From Histomonas meleagridis 2922-C6/04-290x (lineage: Eukaryota > Protista > Parabasalia), in NCBI GenBank assembly GCA_020184695.1, contig JAANOX010000047.1, positions 248,001 to 312,000 on the forward strand: a stretch of 64,000 nt of DNA, read 5' to 3'. Made by a program: the position numbers and the translations under genes. A model generated the notes under the pieces. It ran no database searches, was not told the DNA's origin, and was given only the letters and a program-made list of their open reading frames with translations. Shown here one piece after another: positions 40,931 to 52,121 of this stretch (its first letter is position 1; every line of letters starts with the position of its first letter).

Positions 40931-43006
40931 TTATTTTCGCCAATTGGTGTTTGATTTTGCATTATCTACTCCCCATGAGCTTGATCCGTTGAAGTTGCCC
41001 CAATTGGAGCTGTTCCAGTCGCCACTACTATTGCTGTCCCAGCCGACCGATTCTTCGGTATTGCCGCTGGCCCAGAATTCGCCCGTGGACCCGCCCCATG
41101 ATGAATCTCCCCATCCAGCGCTGGAGCTTTGCGCGCCCCACCCACTTTCTGCGGAAGCGCTTCCGCTCCAGGTCGGCACTTCAAACGTGCCGTTCCAACC
41201 CCCAGACTTCGTCCCATTATTTGCGTCTGACGTCGGCTTATCTTCTGTGAGTATGTTCTGGTTGTTTGTATCTGCTGTTGGAATCGAAGATATCTGTTCG
41301 CTTGCAGCTTGCGTGTGCGCTTCTTCTCGATTTTCGGTCGTTGGAGCGTCGTTTGCGTTTGCTGTTGTTGCAGACGCTTCTGGATCCTTCATTGCGGCTG
41401 CCTGAGCTGAATCAAGTTTGATTTCATTTGCTTGTGGTAATGATGATATGTTTTCTGTTATTGGCATTGCTCCAGTCTCTTTCTTTGTGGAATCAAATTT
41501 GATTTCATTTGTTTGTGTGAATGATGAGGTAATTTCTGTTGCTGGTTTTGTTTCAGTATTTGCTTTAGTTTCATTTGCTTGAGTGAAAAATATATTATTT
41601 TCTGTCACTGGTTTGGTTTCAGCATTTGATTTAGTTTCTTTTGCTTGAGTGAATAATATATTATTTTCTGTCACTGGTTTGGTTTCTGCATTTGCTTTAG
41701 TTTCATTTGCTTGAGTGAATAATGAAGTAATTTCTGTCGCTGGTTTGGTTTCTGCATTTGATTTAGTTTCATTTGCTTGAGTGAATAATGAAGTAATTTC
41801 TGTCACTGGTTTGGTTTCAGCATTTGATTTAGTTTCTTTTGCTTGAGTGAATAATATATTATTTTCTGTCACTGGTTTGGTTTCTGCATTTGATTTAGTT
41901 TCATTTGCTTGAGTGAATAATGAAGTAATTTCTGTCACTGGTTTGGTTTCTGCATTTGATTTAGTTTCATTTGCTTGAGTGAAAAATATATTATTTTCTG
42001 TCGCTGGTTTGGTTTCTGCATTTGATTTAGTTTCATTTGCTTGAGTGAATAATGAAGTAATTTCTGTCACTGGTTTGGTTTCTGCATTTGATTTAGTTTC
42101 TTTTGCTTGAGTGAATAATATATTATTTTCTGTCACTGGTTTGGTTTCAACATTTGCTTTAGTTTCATTTGCTTGAGTGAATAATATATTATTTTCTGTC
42201 ACTGGTTTGGTTTCAACATTTGCTTTAGTTTCATTTGCTTGAGTGAAAAATATATTATTTTCTGTCACTGGTTTGGTTTCAAGCTCTTTCTTTGTCGAGT
42301 TATCTTTAGTTTCTTTGCTAGCTTCAGGAGTTGGGAATGAAAAGAAAGATGGCTTAGGCTGCGCTTCTTGTTTGTTTTCTGTTTGTGCACTGCTATTGGC
42401 GGCGGAATCTGCTTTTGGTTGGAGTGAAGTAAATGAATTCAAATTTGTTGCACCATTTAATGCGCCGAAGAAACTTGTGGAAGCAGTGGCTGGCTTTTCG
42501 TCAGTTGGTTTGTTCAGCCCAAATTGCAAATTTGGCTGAAGTGGTAAATCTAATTTAGAAATTTGGGATGATGCGTTTGATGGTTCTTCTTTGGTTTGTT
42601 GATTTTCGTCTGAACCTAAGGTTTGTGTATTAGATGAAAAAGTTTTTGGAAATGAATTAACAAATGGCATGCCTTTAGTATTTTCTTTGGCTTCTATTTG
42701 ATCTTTCATTTTCTGTGTTAAGCTTTTTTCGCTTTTTCCTGTTCTCATTTTTCTTCCATTCTTTTCAATCGGAATTCTTTTAATTGGTGTATCTTCTCCA
42801 ATTGCTACATCTGATAATTTTGAACTTGTGTCAATAGTTTGGATTGCAATGTCACACCTTGGTGTATTATTCTTTAATTGTAGTCGAATGGGATCAATAA
42901 AGTAGTTTCTTGATGTATTTCGATAATCTGATATAGGAACTACTTTTTTTGGGCTTGGCGCCTCACCAGAAAACCATCCAAAAAGCTTCTTGATAAAGGC
43001 GCTCAT
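40931..43006 (-). CDS. Low-complexity protein with a 22-aa repeat array and a Trp/Gly-rich C-terminal tail
   Basis: 691-aa ORF with FG-like motifs, an array of FTQANETKSNAETKPVTENNIL units, and 11 Trp in the last ~90 aa. Confidence 0.85.
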   Translation of the reverse strand: MSAFIKKLFGWFSGEAPSPKKVVPISDYRNTSRNYFIDPIRLQLKNNTPRCDIAIQTIDTSSKLSDVAIGEDTPIKRIPIEKNGRKMRTGKSEKSLTQKMKDQIEAKENTKGMPFVNSFPKTFSSNTQTLGSDENQQTKEEPSNASSQISKLDLPLQPNLQFGLNKPTDEKPATASTSFFGALNGATNLNSFTSLQPKADSAANSSAQTENKQEAQPKPSFFSFPTPEASKETKDNSTKKELETKPVTENNIFFTQANETKANVETKPVTENNILFTQANETKANVETKPVTENNILFTQAKETKSNAETKPVTEITSLFTQANETKSNAETKPATENNIFFTQANETKSNAETKPVTEITSLFTQANETKSNAETKPVTENNILFTQAKETKSNAETKPVTEITSLFTQANETKSNAETKPATEITSLFTQANETKANAETKPVTENNILFTQAKETKSNAETKPVTENNIFFTQANETKANTETKPATEITSSFTQTNEIKFDSTKKETGAMPITENISSLPQANEIKLDSAQAAAMKDPEASATTANANDAPTTENREEAHTQAASEQISSIPTADTNNQNILTEDKPTSDANNGTKSGGWNGTFEVPTWSGSASAESGWGAQSSSAGWGDSSWGGSTGEFWASGNTEESVGWDSNSSGDWNSSNWGNFNGSSSWGVDNAKSNTNWRK
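41500..42280 (-). repeat. In-frame 66-bp (22-aa) tandem repeat, about 12 copies
   Basis: GAGTGAA anchor every 66 nt from 41581 to 42241, with a degenerate copy at 41515. Confidence 0.93.
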
Positions 43007-43814
43007 TTCAAAAAATTTGGCCGAATTTCGATTTCTTCAACTTTATTCACAAACTTCGTTAGAATACGTTAACAATTTATTACTTACAGTTTTTTATAAA
43101 CTTTTAAAATAAAACGGTTTCGTTGTTGATCAATAATTCCATGTTAAACACATCTAAAAAACAACTATATTCAATTAACTAATTCAATTTATTGATACAG
43201 AGTAATAAAGTTTGGATGAATACATTTTATGCAACAATTCAAATAATAATTTCCTATAAAAATGAATAATTTATTGGATAATTAACTAATTGAAATAGAA
43301 ATAATAGTGAATGGATTACACATCATGTTATTTGGTAAAAGTATTTGTTTTTTCTTGATATTTTTAAATGCTTGATATCCCTATCGAGAAAAAAATTTCG
43401 GCTCCTTTATAAACATCTGAATATATGACCAAAAAATATTCAATTTTTGAATTCTACCCGAAATTTCCCCACAATTATTCGCTTTCGACACATGTGTCAA
43501 AAATAATAAAAATTTATCTTTGTTATTATCAAATAATAGGCTCAAAACTGTTCGATGAATAATGTAAGACATCACACAAAACACAAAAATTATATTTCTC
43601 AAATTTACAAAAAATATTGATATATTAACTCATGATAATTCATAATAATAATTTTCATCAAACATTAAAAAAAAATTGTTTGCTATTTTGCTATGCAGTA
43701 CATGCTGATATCTCTTTATGTTTGTCTGATTTTTCTTCAAGAAACGCTAGTGTTGTCACTTTTCGAGAATTTTCGAGTCAAGTCAACTGTCACTTTTGGA
43801 AAAGAGTTTGGAGA

Positions 43815-45581
43815 ATGTCAAGATACAAGCGTTATGCAACTGTTATTAATTTCACGTTCCACACTTTGAAACTCGAAAAACAACACAAAGAGCCATTTCA
43901 AATTGAATGGAAAAGGCATGGATCTGTAGGATATACCGAAAAATCATTTGCAAATGATGAAAAAGAAGTTGTTTTTGAAAAACACTTTCGTTGTAAGGTA
44001 ACAATGTATGCAACGTCATCAGGTTCAGTTCGTCCAAAAATAATTAATTTTACGGTGTTTATCTTCAAATCCGGGAAAAAGAAAATTTTTGGTAAATTTG
44101 AAGTAGATGTTAGTCAATTCTATAATACAACAGGTCCAAAAATGATTAATGTTCAAATTCAAACGCCACATTCAGGAAAAAATGATGCAACAATGACTTT
44201 TTCATCATCATCAAATCAGACCGGTCTTGCAGGTAGTGGCACTAACACAGATGATAACCTCACTTCAATGTCTGAAGCCATCCAACTTACTACAGATGTT
44301 CAAGATGATTGGGATGTCAGTGATATAGTTTCACCAGATGACAAAGAAAAAATCAACAAGTTCTTCCAACAAAGACATCAAGAGCGTGAAGAAAAGCGAA
44401 ATGATTTAGCACAATTTACTCGGTCCCATCCATCTCGTCAATCATCTCGAAACCGTCTTAAGCATGCAAGCGTTAACATTGCACAAGATCATGTTGCAGC
44501 TGGTGGCAGATTAAGTGCATTTTTATCACAAAAATCAAAAGCATCCCCAAAACCTATAGATCCCATTCAAAGCGAACCCAAGCAAGAAGAGACCGATCCG
44601 CTCCCACATGCCATTAACTTAATCACGTCCATTCTCTCCAAAACATGGGAAGAATCCCCTCTCAACTTTTCGTCCACCCCGAAATCGGTTTCGGCGGTTA
44701 TTTCGGTTTTCACTCATGTGAACTTTTTCGAGCCAACTGCTTTTGATGATGAAAAATACTTCCAACTCATTACCCACTTTAATACTTTGTATAAGGAATC
44801 AGTCCTTGTTAAGGATTGGACTCTTCTAGAACAATTTTTAGTTTCTCTTAATATTCTATCGTGTATTCAAACTGATCTTAGACTTGATCAGGATAGAGTT
44901 AAGACTTTTGTTGGATTCTTTTCTCCGACTGTATCCAGTAACTTTGACGTTTACATCAATTCCATTACTCCACAATTTATTGATATTAGAAGTGGCATTA
45001 TTAGCCTGTCTTCTGATGTGGAAACACTAGCTAAAGGCTTTGTTGATAAGGTTAAAGAAGTATCAAATGGAATTACTGCCTCATCGAAGATTATTGAACT
45101 TATCATATCTCAACTCAAATGCGTTGTTGATGCTAAACTTGTTGAATCTTTAGTACAGACTCCTTCCAGGTGCCTATTTAGTAATGCTGTTCAGTGGAAT
45201 ACATTATTAACAATTCTTGAAAGCGATTATCAAACACCACTTCCATTATTCCGAGAAGCTGTGTCCGTTTTAATGATGGCTACGACACTTTGCGCTTCTC
45301 CGGAGTCGAAGGCTGACATTTGTAAACAACTTAATCCGGCCACAGTCCTCAAAATAATGGAATTGCAAAAGCCGGACGAGATGATGCCCATAGAAAACGA
45401 TGTTAATGAGTTCTGTAAGTATTTTGGGCTCGAACCTAATGCTGAGTTTAAGCCAATTTCAATTACATATCAAGGAAATTTTGATGACCTCCTCCAAAGT
45501 ATGCCAAACGAATGGATACAGAATAGCTTCCCGAAGGAGATACTAGATGAGTTCCCATTCATGAATACATTTTTCGCATGA
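43815..45581 (+). CDS. NT-C2 (EEIG1/EHBP1-type) domain protein with a C-terminal DIL-like domain
   Basis: N-terminus FQIEWKRHGSVGYT...VVFEKHF...KKIFGKFEVDVSQF; C-terminus SRCLFSNAVQWN...LPLFREAVSVL...ICKQLNPATVLKIM; likely start MSRYK at 43815. Confidence 0.65.
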   Translation: MSRYKRYATVINFTFHTLKLEKQHKEPFQIEWKRHGSVGYTEKSFANDEKEVVFEKHFRCKVTMYATSSGSVRPKIINFTVFIFKSGKKKIFGKFEVDVSQFYNTTGPKMINVQIQTPHSGKNDATMTFSSSSNQTGLAGSGTNTDDNLTSMSEAIQLTTDVQDDWDVSDIVSPDDKEKINKFFQQRHQEREEKRNDLAQFTRSHPSRQSSRNRLKHASVNIAQDHVAAGGRLSAFLSQKSKASPKPIDPIQSEPKQEETDPLPHAINLITSILSKTWEESPLNFSSTPKSVSAVISVFTHVNFFEPTAFDDEKYFQLITHFNTLYKESVLVKDWTLLEQFLVSLNILSCIQTDLRLDQDRVKTFVGFFSPTVSSNFDVYINSITPQFIDIRSGIISLSSDVETLAKGFVDKVKEVSNGITASSKIIELIISQLKCVVDAKLVESLVQTPSRCLFSNAVQWNTLLTILESDYQTPLPLFREAVSVLMMATTLCASPESKADICKQLNPATVLKIMELQKPDEMMPIENDVNEFCKYFGLEPNAEFKPISITYQGNFDDLLQSMPNEWIQNSFPKEILDEFPFMNTFFA

Positions 45582-45812
45582 GAATTTGTAAAGCGATTGG
45601 TTGTTGTTATTTTTGATACAATAGTTTTTGGATTTGCGCTATTATGTTTTAATGAGTAATTAAGGGTTTAACTTGTTTTTATAACTTTTTTGAGGCGTAA
45701 TTTATCTCAAAAAATATAAAATTTTATATCTATCAAAAAGCCGCAATTTTGAATGTGCACTTAAAATATTCAAAGGGATCGAACCTCAAAAAGTTTTTCC
45801 AAACTATCAGCT

Positions 45813-46754
45813 ATGGGAGGGCTGTTTTCCTTGTCAAAGAACTCCTTACCAAATATTTATATTAATTTGGAAAAGGCACTACCAAAAGGTGATAATGAAA
45901 GGGAAGTTTTTAATGATTTTATGAAAAATATATCTGATCCTTCTGCATCAATCTTTTCTAGATTCTCAAATTATAAGGACGGGAAATTATTAATTGCAAA
46001 CTCCCTTACAAACCCAACCCCTGAAAATAAAGAAACTGCATGGGAAACAGTTTATCCAAATATTTTACTACAAATGGAAGTTTATTCTTTTGCTAAAACT
46101 GTGACAGAAAAATTCACAAATTTAATCCATTTGGTATTAAAACTCATTAGCGAAGGAACAACTGACGTTTTCGAAAAATCACCTGCAATTACTCGATGTT
46201 TTGCAGAATGTTTTGATATAATCCTCAGGTTTGACGAAATAAAATTAACCTTACCAGGTCTCCTTAATGATTTAGCCTTTTTTAGAAGAAATGCAGCTTC
46301 TCATAATTTCAATTCAAAATTAGAAGATGTTATAAATAACTCAAATTACTCAACAATATTCTGGGCAGCTCAATCGCCAATGCTTAATGATGTTATTGAA
46401 GCTCTTCGTTCAAAATATAAATCTGGTTCTCATGATTTTGAGATGCTTCTCAAGCTTTTAGGATCTGTTGCTGACATTTGTACCTCAATTGCAATGAATG
46501 AAAGTTCTCCTGACGCGGAAAGAGCAAAAATTTTGTGTTTACGTTGCGTTGTAGGATCAACATTAATAATTGATCATTTGAACCCAGAAGGTGCTTTCCT
46601 ACAAAATTCGTTCTTTCATGTCAGAGAAGGTATGGAATTTCTAGTTGGTTACACTCCTCGTCAAACAGGATTAATAAGCACAATTATGTATTCATCAAAA
46701 CATTTAAATGATCCAGATGCAGATCCGAAAATCAAGCAACTACTTCAGATTTAA
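45813..46754 (+). CDS. CYRI/FAM49 family (DUF1394) Rac1 interactor
   Basis: MG N-terminus, IYINLEKA, AWETVYP, CFAECFDIILRFDEIKL..PGLLNDLAFFRR. Confidence 0.85.
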   Translation: MGGLFSLSKNSLPNIYINLEKALPKGDNEREVFNDFMKNISDPSASIFSRFSNYKDGKLLIANSLTNPTPENKETAWETVYPNILLQMEVYSFAKTVTEKFTNLIHLVLKLISEGTTDVFEKSPAITRCFAECFDIILRFDEIKLTLPGLLNDLAFFRRNAASHNFNSKLEDVINNSNYSTIFWAAQSPMLNDVIEALRSKYKSGSHDFEMLLKLLGSVADICTSIAMNESSPDAERAKILCLRCVVGSTLIIDHLNPEGAFLQNSFFHVREGMEFLVGYTPRQTGLISTIMYSSKHLNDPDADPKIKQLLQI

Positions 46755-47232
46755 TATGTAAAAGGCAAACGTGCGAATTTTATGTTTTTATTTTTTTTAG
46801 AGTCTTTTTCTAATCAAACACTTTCGGTTACCGATCAAATCATCTGACTTTACACTGGTAGAGACAATTTTCAACAAATGAGAAAATTTATCTTTACGAC
46901 TTCATATATGAGTTGTTTGTCCATTGTATAAAAGATTTTTCATCTTTTGTTATTTTAAAATTGAATGTTTTAAGTAATAATGATCACTTAAAATTTCCAA
47001 TTTTTTTATAGTTCACAAATAGAAAATCTTTATTTAATGAAAATTACTATGTTTTGTAGCAATACAGCTTTTAACAGCAAACAACAGCGTGTGTGAACTA
47101 ACAAAGAATAACTTTTTCAGAAGAAAAGATTTTAGCACTTTTGTGTCCGACCAAAACCCATAGCACTTTTTATGCACAAAAAGTTGAACTTCACATTGAA
47201 ATTTTGAATGCTGAGGTCCTTCACTTTGTAGA

Positions 47233-47691
47233 ATGAGGCTCTACGAATCTCCAGTGAATCATGACGAAATGATCAATGATGCTTATCCATCAAAACCAAA
47301 TGAAGAAGCTGGATGCTTAGTTTTTGAATCCCGTTACATCGACAAGCTTGCTGATGAAGAAGATCCAAACTCAAAATACCAAGTCATTGATATCGTAGAA
47401 AACTTCAACCTTCAACCATATGACATGAAGAAGGCCGCATTCATGGGTTGGGCCAAACAATTCATGCCAATGCGTAAGAAGCAACTTGAACAATCAAACC
47501 CAGGAGCTGTTGATACATTCATGGCTAATGCCAAGAAGTTTGTATCATTCATTGCCAAGCACTTCGCAGATTTCGAAGTTTACATGGGTCAATCTGGTGA
47601 TCCTGATGACTACTTAATGTTTGCCAGAGAAGAGGATGGAAAGATGGTTTTCTACTTCCTTGAATTGGCATGTGACAACTTCAAATGCTAA
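47233..47691 (+). CDS. TCTP: Translationally controlled tumour protein
   Basis: MRLYESPVNHDEMINDAYP, VIDIVENFNLQ and KKAAFMGWAKQFM; C-ending codon bias of a highly expressed gene; Inr TCACT at 47221. Confidence 0.9.
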   Translation: MRLYESPVNHDEMINDAYPSKPNEEAGCLVFESRYIDKLADEEDPNSKYQVIDIVENFNLQPYDMKKAAFMGWAKQFMPMRKKQLEQSNPGAVDTFMANAKKFVSFIAKHFADFEVYMGQSGDPDDYLMFAREEDGKMVFYFLELACDNFKC

Positions 47692-48017
47692 ATTCGTTGG
47701 CCTAGAATCTTTTTTCTTTTTGAATTTTTTGCTTAAATCTTAAGCTTTTGAAATTCGACGGTTTTCTTTTCAATTTTATTTCACTTTTTTGAAAATGAAA
47801 CGTAAATGGAAATTAATTCCTTCACTTCCTTTGATTAACTTAACATTTTGGAATATTTTGATAATAATAATTTTCGCTATATTTTTAGCTGTTAAATATA
47901 TGAGTTTTGTATCATTTTATTCATTTATTAAAAAGATATTTTCGAAAATTTTTCTGATTTTCATTAGATTTTTGAATCAATTTTTCGGTTAAATCGCTCA
48001 ATTCAGTAACAGATCTA

Positions 48018-49883
48018 ATGAACAGATATGTCCCGCCCAACTTTAATCCTCTAATGCCCCAAGCTAACATAAGACAGATGTTTCCTCAACAAATAAATCC
48101 GCAGTTGAATATGATCAATATGAACAATTCCTACTCACATCAAACAAATTATTATCCATTTCCTCCAATCCCGAATATTCAACGTCATACGAACCCATCT
48201 ATAACATACCCTCAGGTTTCTCAAAACATTCATATTTTACCTGTTCCAACAACAATCTCTATTCCATTCCAAGTTAAACATGAAAAACCAGTGCATCAAG
48301 TAAAAAAGCCAGTACGAACATTTCCTATACCTGAGATCAAAAATAACAAAGCCATATTGACAGAGATGAATCCTCCAAAACCATGTTATTTCAAAGACAC
48401 TGAAACCGGTGAATATGGTATTCGTTGTGTCTGTGGGGAAACCCATGCGGAAGGATATCTTATTCAATGCGAATTTTGTGAATTTTGGCTTCATGGAATA
48501 TGTGTAAATGTTGCCCGTTTATCGCCCAATGAACCATATCTTTGTCCATTTTGTCGTGGCCAAAAGATATGTTGTAAATGTAACAAGAATAATGATTATA
48601 CTGAGCCATTAATTCAATGTTCTATCTGTAAAATGTGGGTTCATAAGCGATGTGAAGACATAGATTACGGCATTATTCCCAAACCATTTATTTGTTCTTT
48701 TTGCGGAGGTGACATTAATACACGAACGATACCAGATGTCAAATTTGATGATTCATATCCCGACCACATTCATACCATACCCACTGACTTTGATCGCCAT
48801 GAGTTTCTCTCCAATATTCCCGAAGGTTCTCTTAAGGCAGAACTTGAGCATGATTTAAATCGCCAAGAAATCTCATTCAAGACAACTATCACGAAATATT
48901 TTCATCTTTTTGCACCATTTCTATTTAATCGTCCACGGCAATTCTGGAAAGTCTTTATTGATTCCTTAAGTACTTTAACTGGTTGTGATAAGCAAATGAT
49001 ATTATCTGGCTTAGAACATTTAACAATGAAATTGTTATACACTGACAAAGAATACGAAGTCAGTCATATTGATTCATATCATAGTGAGTCCACCACTGAG
49101 TTTTTCGAGAATTCGACGATGACAATTCTCGATGAAGAGCCGCAACCTGCCGAACTCTATGTCGGCGAAGATGGACATTTACACACCAAAAAGCCATTAG
49201 ATGACGGGTCATTTATTATCTTTTTGCCTGGGTTCTTGTTGCACACTGACGAAGTTGAAGCAGATGATGGAATTCCACTTTCATGTTTCACTATCACAAA
49301 CATTGATATTGTTATAGATTTAAATGGTTATAACTTCCCTTATATACATAACATTCGTCGCTCGTTCCACTTCAACGCGATCATTAAATTGGTGCGTTTG
49401 AACGGCGAAGCGAAAGCTGCAATATACGCAACGAGAATGAAAGGGCCGTTGTCTGAAGAAAAGAACAGAAGAGGACCAGCGATATATGAAGATGGGGAAA
49501 TAATACTTCCGTTTGATGGCGAGTTACCATTCGAAGTGAAGAAATTGGATTGGAAAGATAAGAAGCCGAAAGTTTCGAATAATGTCAATAGTAATAATCC
49601 GCAAAATGTTAATGCGAATAATAGTAATAACGTGCAAAATACGCAAAGAATAATAAATAAGCAAAAGAAAAAAGGGAGAAAACAACAAAAGAAAAAGGAG
49701 AAAATACAAAAAAATAATTTCCCAGAAATGGAAATGTCGTTGCTGAACACTTTCGATGAGGCGGTGCCGCCGCTGCCATTCATACTGCTGCCTGATGATG
49801 ACGCCGTGAATAGATATAGAATGCAGCAGGAAGTGAAGCAAAGATCGAGAAGTGCGGGCGGAAAATACGTGTACTCTGATTAG
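48018..49883 (+). CDS. Tandem PHD finger protein with a degenerate SET domain (Set3/MLL5-like)
   Basis: IRCVCG...IQCEFCEFWLHGIC, CKCN...IQCSICKMWVHKRC and NIRRSFHFNA...GEIILPFD. Confidence 0.75.
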   Translation: MNRYVPPNFNPLMPQANIRQMFPQQINPQLNMINMNNSYSHQTNYYPFPPIPNIQRHTNPSITYPQVSQNIHILPVPTTISIPFQVKHEKPVHQVKKPVRTFPIPEIKNNKAILTEMNPPKPCYFKDTETGEYGIRCVCGETHAEGYLIQCEFCEFWLHGICVNVARLSPNEPYLCPFCRGQKICCKCNKNNDYTEPLIQCSICKMWVHKRCEDIDYGIIPKPFICSFCGGDINTRTIPDVKFDDSYPDHIHTIPTDFDRHEFLSNIPEGSLKAELEHDLNRQEISFKTTITKYFHLFAPFLFNRPRQFWKVFIDSLSTLTGCDKQMILSGLEHLTMKLLYTDKEYEVSHIDSYHSESTTEFFENSTMTILDEEPQPAELYVGEDGHLHTKKPLDDGSFIIFLPGFLLHTDEVEADDGIPLSCFTITNIDIVIDLNGYNFPYIHNIRRSFHFNAIIKLVRLNGEAKAAIYATRMKGPLSEEKNRRGPAIYEDGEIILPFDGELPFEVKKLDWKDKKPKVSNNVNSNNPQNVNANNSNNVQNTQRIINKQKKKGRKQQKKKEKIQKNNFPEMEMSLLNTFDEAVPPLPFILLPDDDAVNRYRMQQEVKQRSRSAGGKYVYSD

Positions 49884-50770
49884 TGAGTGGCGCTCTTGTA
49901 TTTGTTTTTGATTAAAAAATCGTGTCGAATGTTGTTGACTTATTTGAAATGTAAATTCGTTTGGAGTTATTCTTCAATTTAATATTTTGTTGTAAATATT
50001 ATAATGAAGCAAATATAGAAACAGTGTTCATGGAGAAAAAATTTATTACTGTGCATTTAATAAATTTAGATTGAAATCCAAAATTTTTCAAATAATCATA
50101 TGATGTTCCTACTAACTAGAAAAGTTAATTTAACATTTTCTGTATAAACTTCTTAGATGCAATTATACATGTACTGGTAGATTTATATTATGATTCTGTG
50201 TCTATTCATATGAATTAAAAATAAAATACATAAATCCCAACTGTTTTGATATAAATTTCTTCGTTCAAGATGTAATTTAGCAACAAGATATCCCAAATAT
50301 GTTGCTATATTTAATGCAGTGTCAAATATTTCAAAGAATTCTCCTTGGGGAGTGCACAAATATTAACAGAATATTTTTAAATAAAGTACAAATTTTATTA
50401 AATAATTTCTTTTTAACATTTATTTATAATAATAATAATACTTCATTTTCTTATATCTTTGATTACACTTGCATATTATAGTTATTCCAATTGCTACTAT
50501 CTTTCTATTACGAATTACAGTCAAAGGTTGTAAATACAACTTATTTCAGTGAGGTTTTCTACAATATTAAGTTATACATATAAAAGTATACAAATCTAGG
50601 AAATTCATAATAAATAGGTTTTGAAATATGGTTTTATATATAACTATTGCTTTTTTACTGAAAATGTTTCGTTTCACTCCGAGGAAGCTGCATGACGGTT
50701 TATTTTTGTTGAAAGTATTGAAACATAGAAATATTTCAGTAGTTTACTTGTTCGAGTGAAGTCAATTAAA

Positions 50771-51733
50771 ATGGAAGAAGCAAAGGAAAATCCGCAACAA
50801 CAGACGGAAACTCAACCAAAAGACACTGCCGAAAATAAGGCACTTCCGAAAGATGTTTTAAAAATCATGACATTTAATGTTGCTTCTCTTCGTGCATCAT
50901 GGCAACATGGTCTTCCTTTTTATGTAAAAAATGCTCAACCTGACATCCTCTGTATTCAAGAAACTAAAATGCATTCAAAAGCCAAACCACCAGTTGAAGA
51001 TTTCAAACTTGAAGGTTATCATGGATATTTTAATCACGCAGAAAGAAAAGGATATTCTGGCACAGCCATTTACACTAAGTATAAACCTATTTCCATTGAA
51101 CCGAGTTCAGGTATTACGGATCCTAATGGTCGTTGCATAACAGCTGAATTTACCAATTTCTATCTTGTTAATAGTTATGTTGTTAATGCTGGGGCACAAC
51201 TTGAAAATTTACAGTACAAGATCAACACATTTAATCCACAAATTGAAACGCATATCGAAAATCTCAGAAAGAAGAAAATGGTCATTTGGACTGGAGACCT
51301 TAATGTAGCACATGAGGATATCGACATTTGGACGCCTGAAGGTCACGAAAAAGTTGCTGGCTTTACGAAAGAGGAAAGAGATTGGTTCCACAGTTTTTTA
51401 GGCAAAGGTTATGTTGATATCTTTCGAAAGTTATATCCTACAAAACAACAGTTTACATTTTTCAACTACAGAGGTTTTGCAAGGGCAAAGAACCATGGAT
51501 GGAGAATTGATTACTTTGTTATTAATCGTGATAGCATAAAAGATGGAATGATCATAGATTGTACAATCGATAGTACAGTTGATTTCAGTGATCATTTGCC
51601 TGTGAACTTGCTCTTGAACAAGGACATGATCATAGATGAAAAAAAAGATCAGAAAGTGAAAAGTGCCGGTATTACTGTACTCGAAACAAAGAAAACACAA
51701 CAAATATCAAATTTCTTCCAAATATCAAAATAA
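50771..51733 (+). CDS. AP endonuclease / exodeoxyribonuclease III (APE1-like)
   Basis: IMTFNVASLR, DILCIQETK, GYSGTAI, YVVNAG, TGDLNVAH, GWRIDYF and SDHLP; likely start MEEAK at 50771. Confidence 0.93.
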   Translation: MEEAKENPQQQTETQPKDTAENKALPKDVLKIMTFNVASLRASWQHGLPFYVKNAQPDILCIQETKMHSKAKPPVEDFKLEGYHGYFNHAERKGYSGTAIYTKYKPISIEPSSGITDPNGRCITAEFTNFYLVNSYVVNAGAQLENLQYKINTFNPQIETHIENLRKKKMVIWTGDLNVAHEDIDIWTPEGHEKVAGFTKEERDWFHSFLGKGYVDIFRKLYPTKQQFTFFNYRGFARAKNHGWRIDYFVINRDSIKDGMIIDCTIDSTVDFSDHLPVNLLLNKDMIIDEKKDQKVKSAGITVLETKKTQQISNFFQISK

Positions 51734-52121
51734 AAAGTATATAATGTTTTAGAAAACTTCCGAAATATTACGTTAATAAAACTTTATTCATGTGAATAAT
51801 TTAATTTTTCGCAAATATACATATTAATATTATACCATAACACTGAAATAGCCAAATCAAGTAGTTCACAATAAAACAAAATTCAAGGAAATGTTTCAAA
51901 AAAAAATGATATATTTCAATTAAATGAAGAAAAATCAAACTAATACATATTAATTACATGGGCTCATAGACAAATAGAAACAACTGTTTTAACAGTCCAT
52001 ATGTTTATTTATATTCTGATTTCTGTTATAACAAAACATCAGCGGATTTGTCAACGATAGAGATAAATGAATGCAAAATCATCGTAATTAATCACATGTT
52101 TAAAAGCAAATAAACATCAAC

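Noticed and set aside
41500-42280. 66-bp, 162-bp and 170-bp periodic arrays as CRISPR
   Set aside because: Eukaryotic in-frame coding repeats; no unique spacers and no cas genes
51690-51733. PIP-box-like TQQISNFF at the AP endonuclease C-terminus
   Set aside because: Lacks the canonical Q at position 1 of QxxIxxFF; suggestive only
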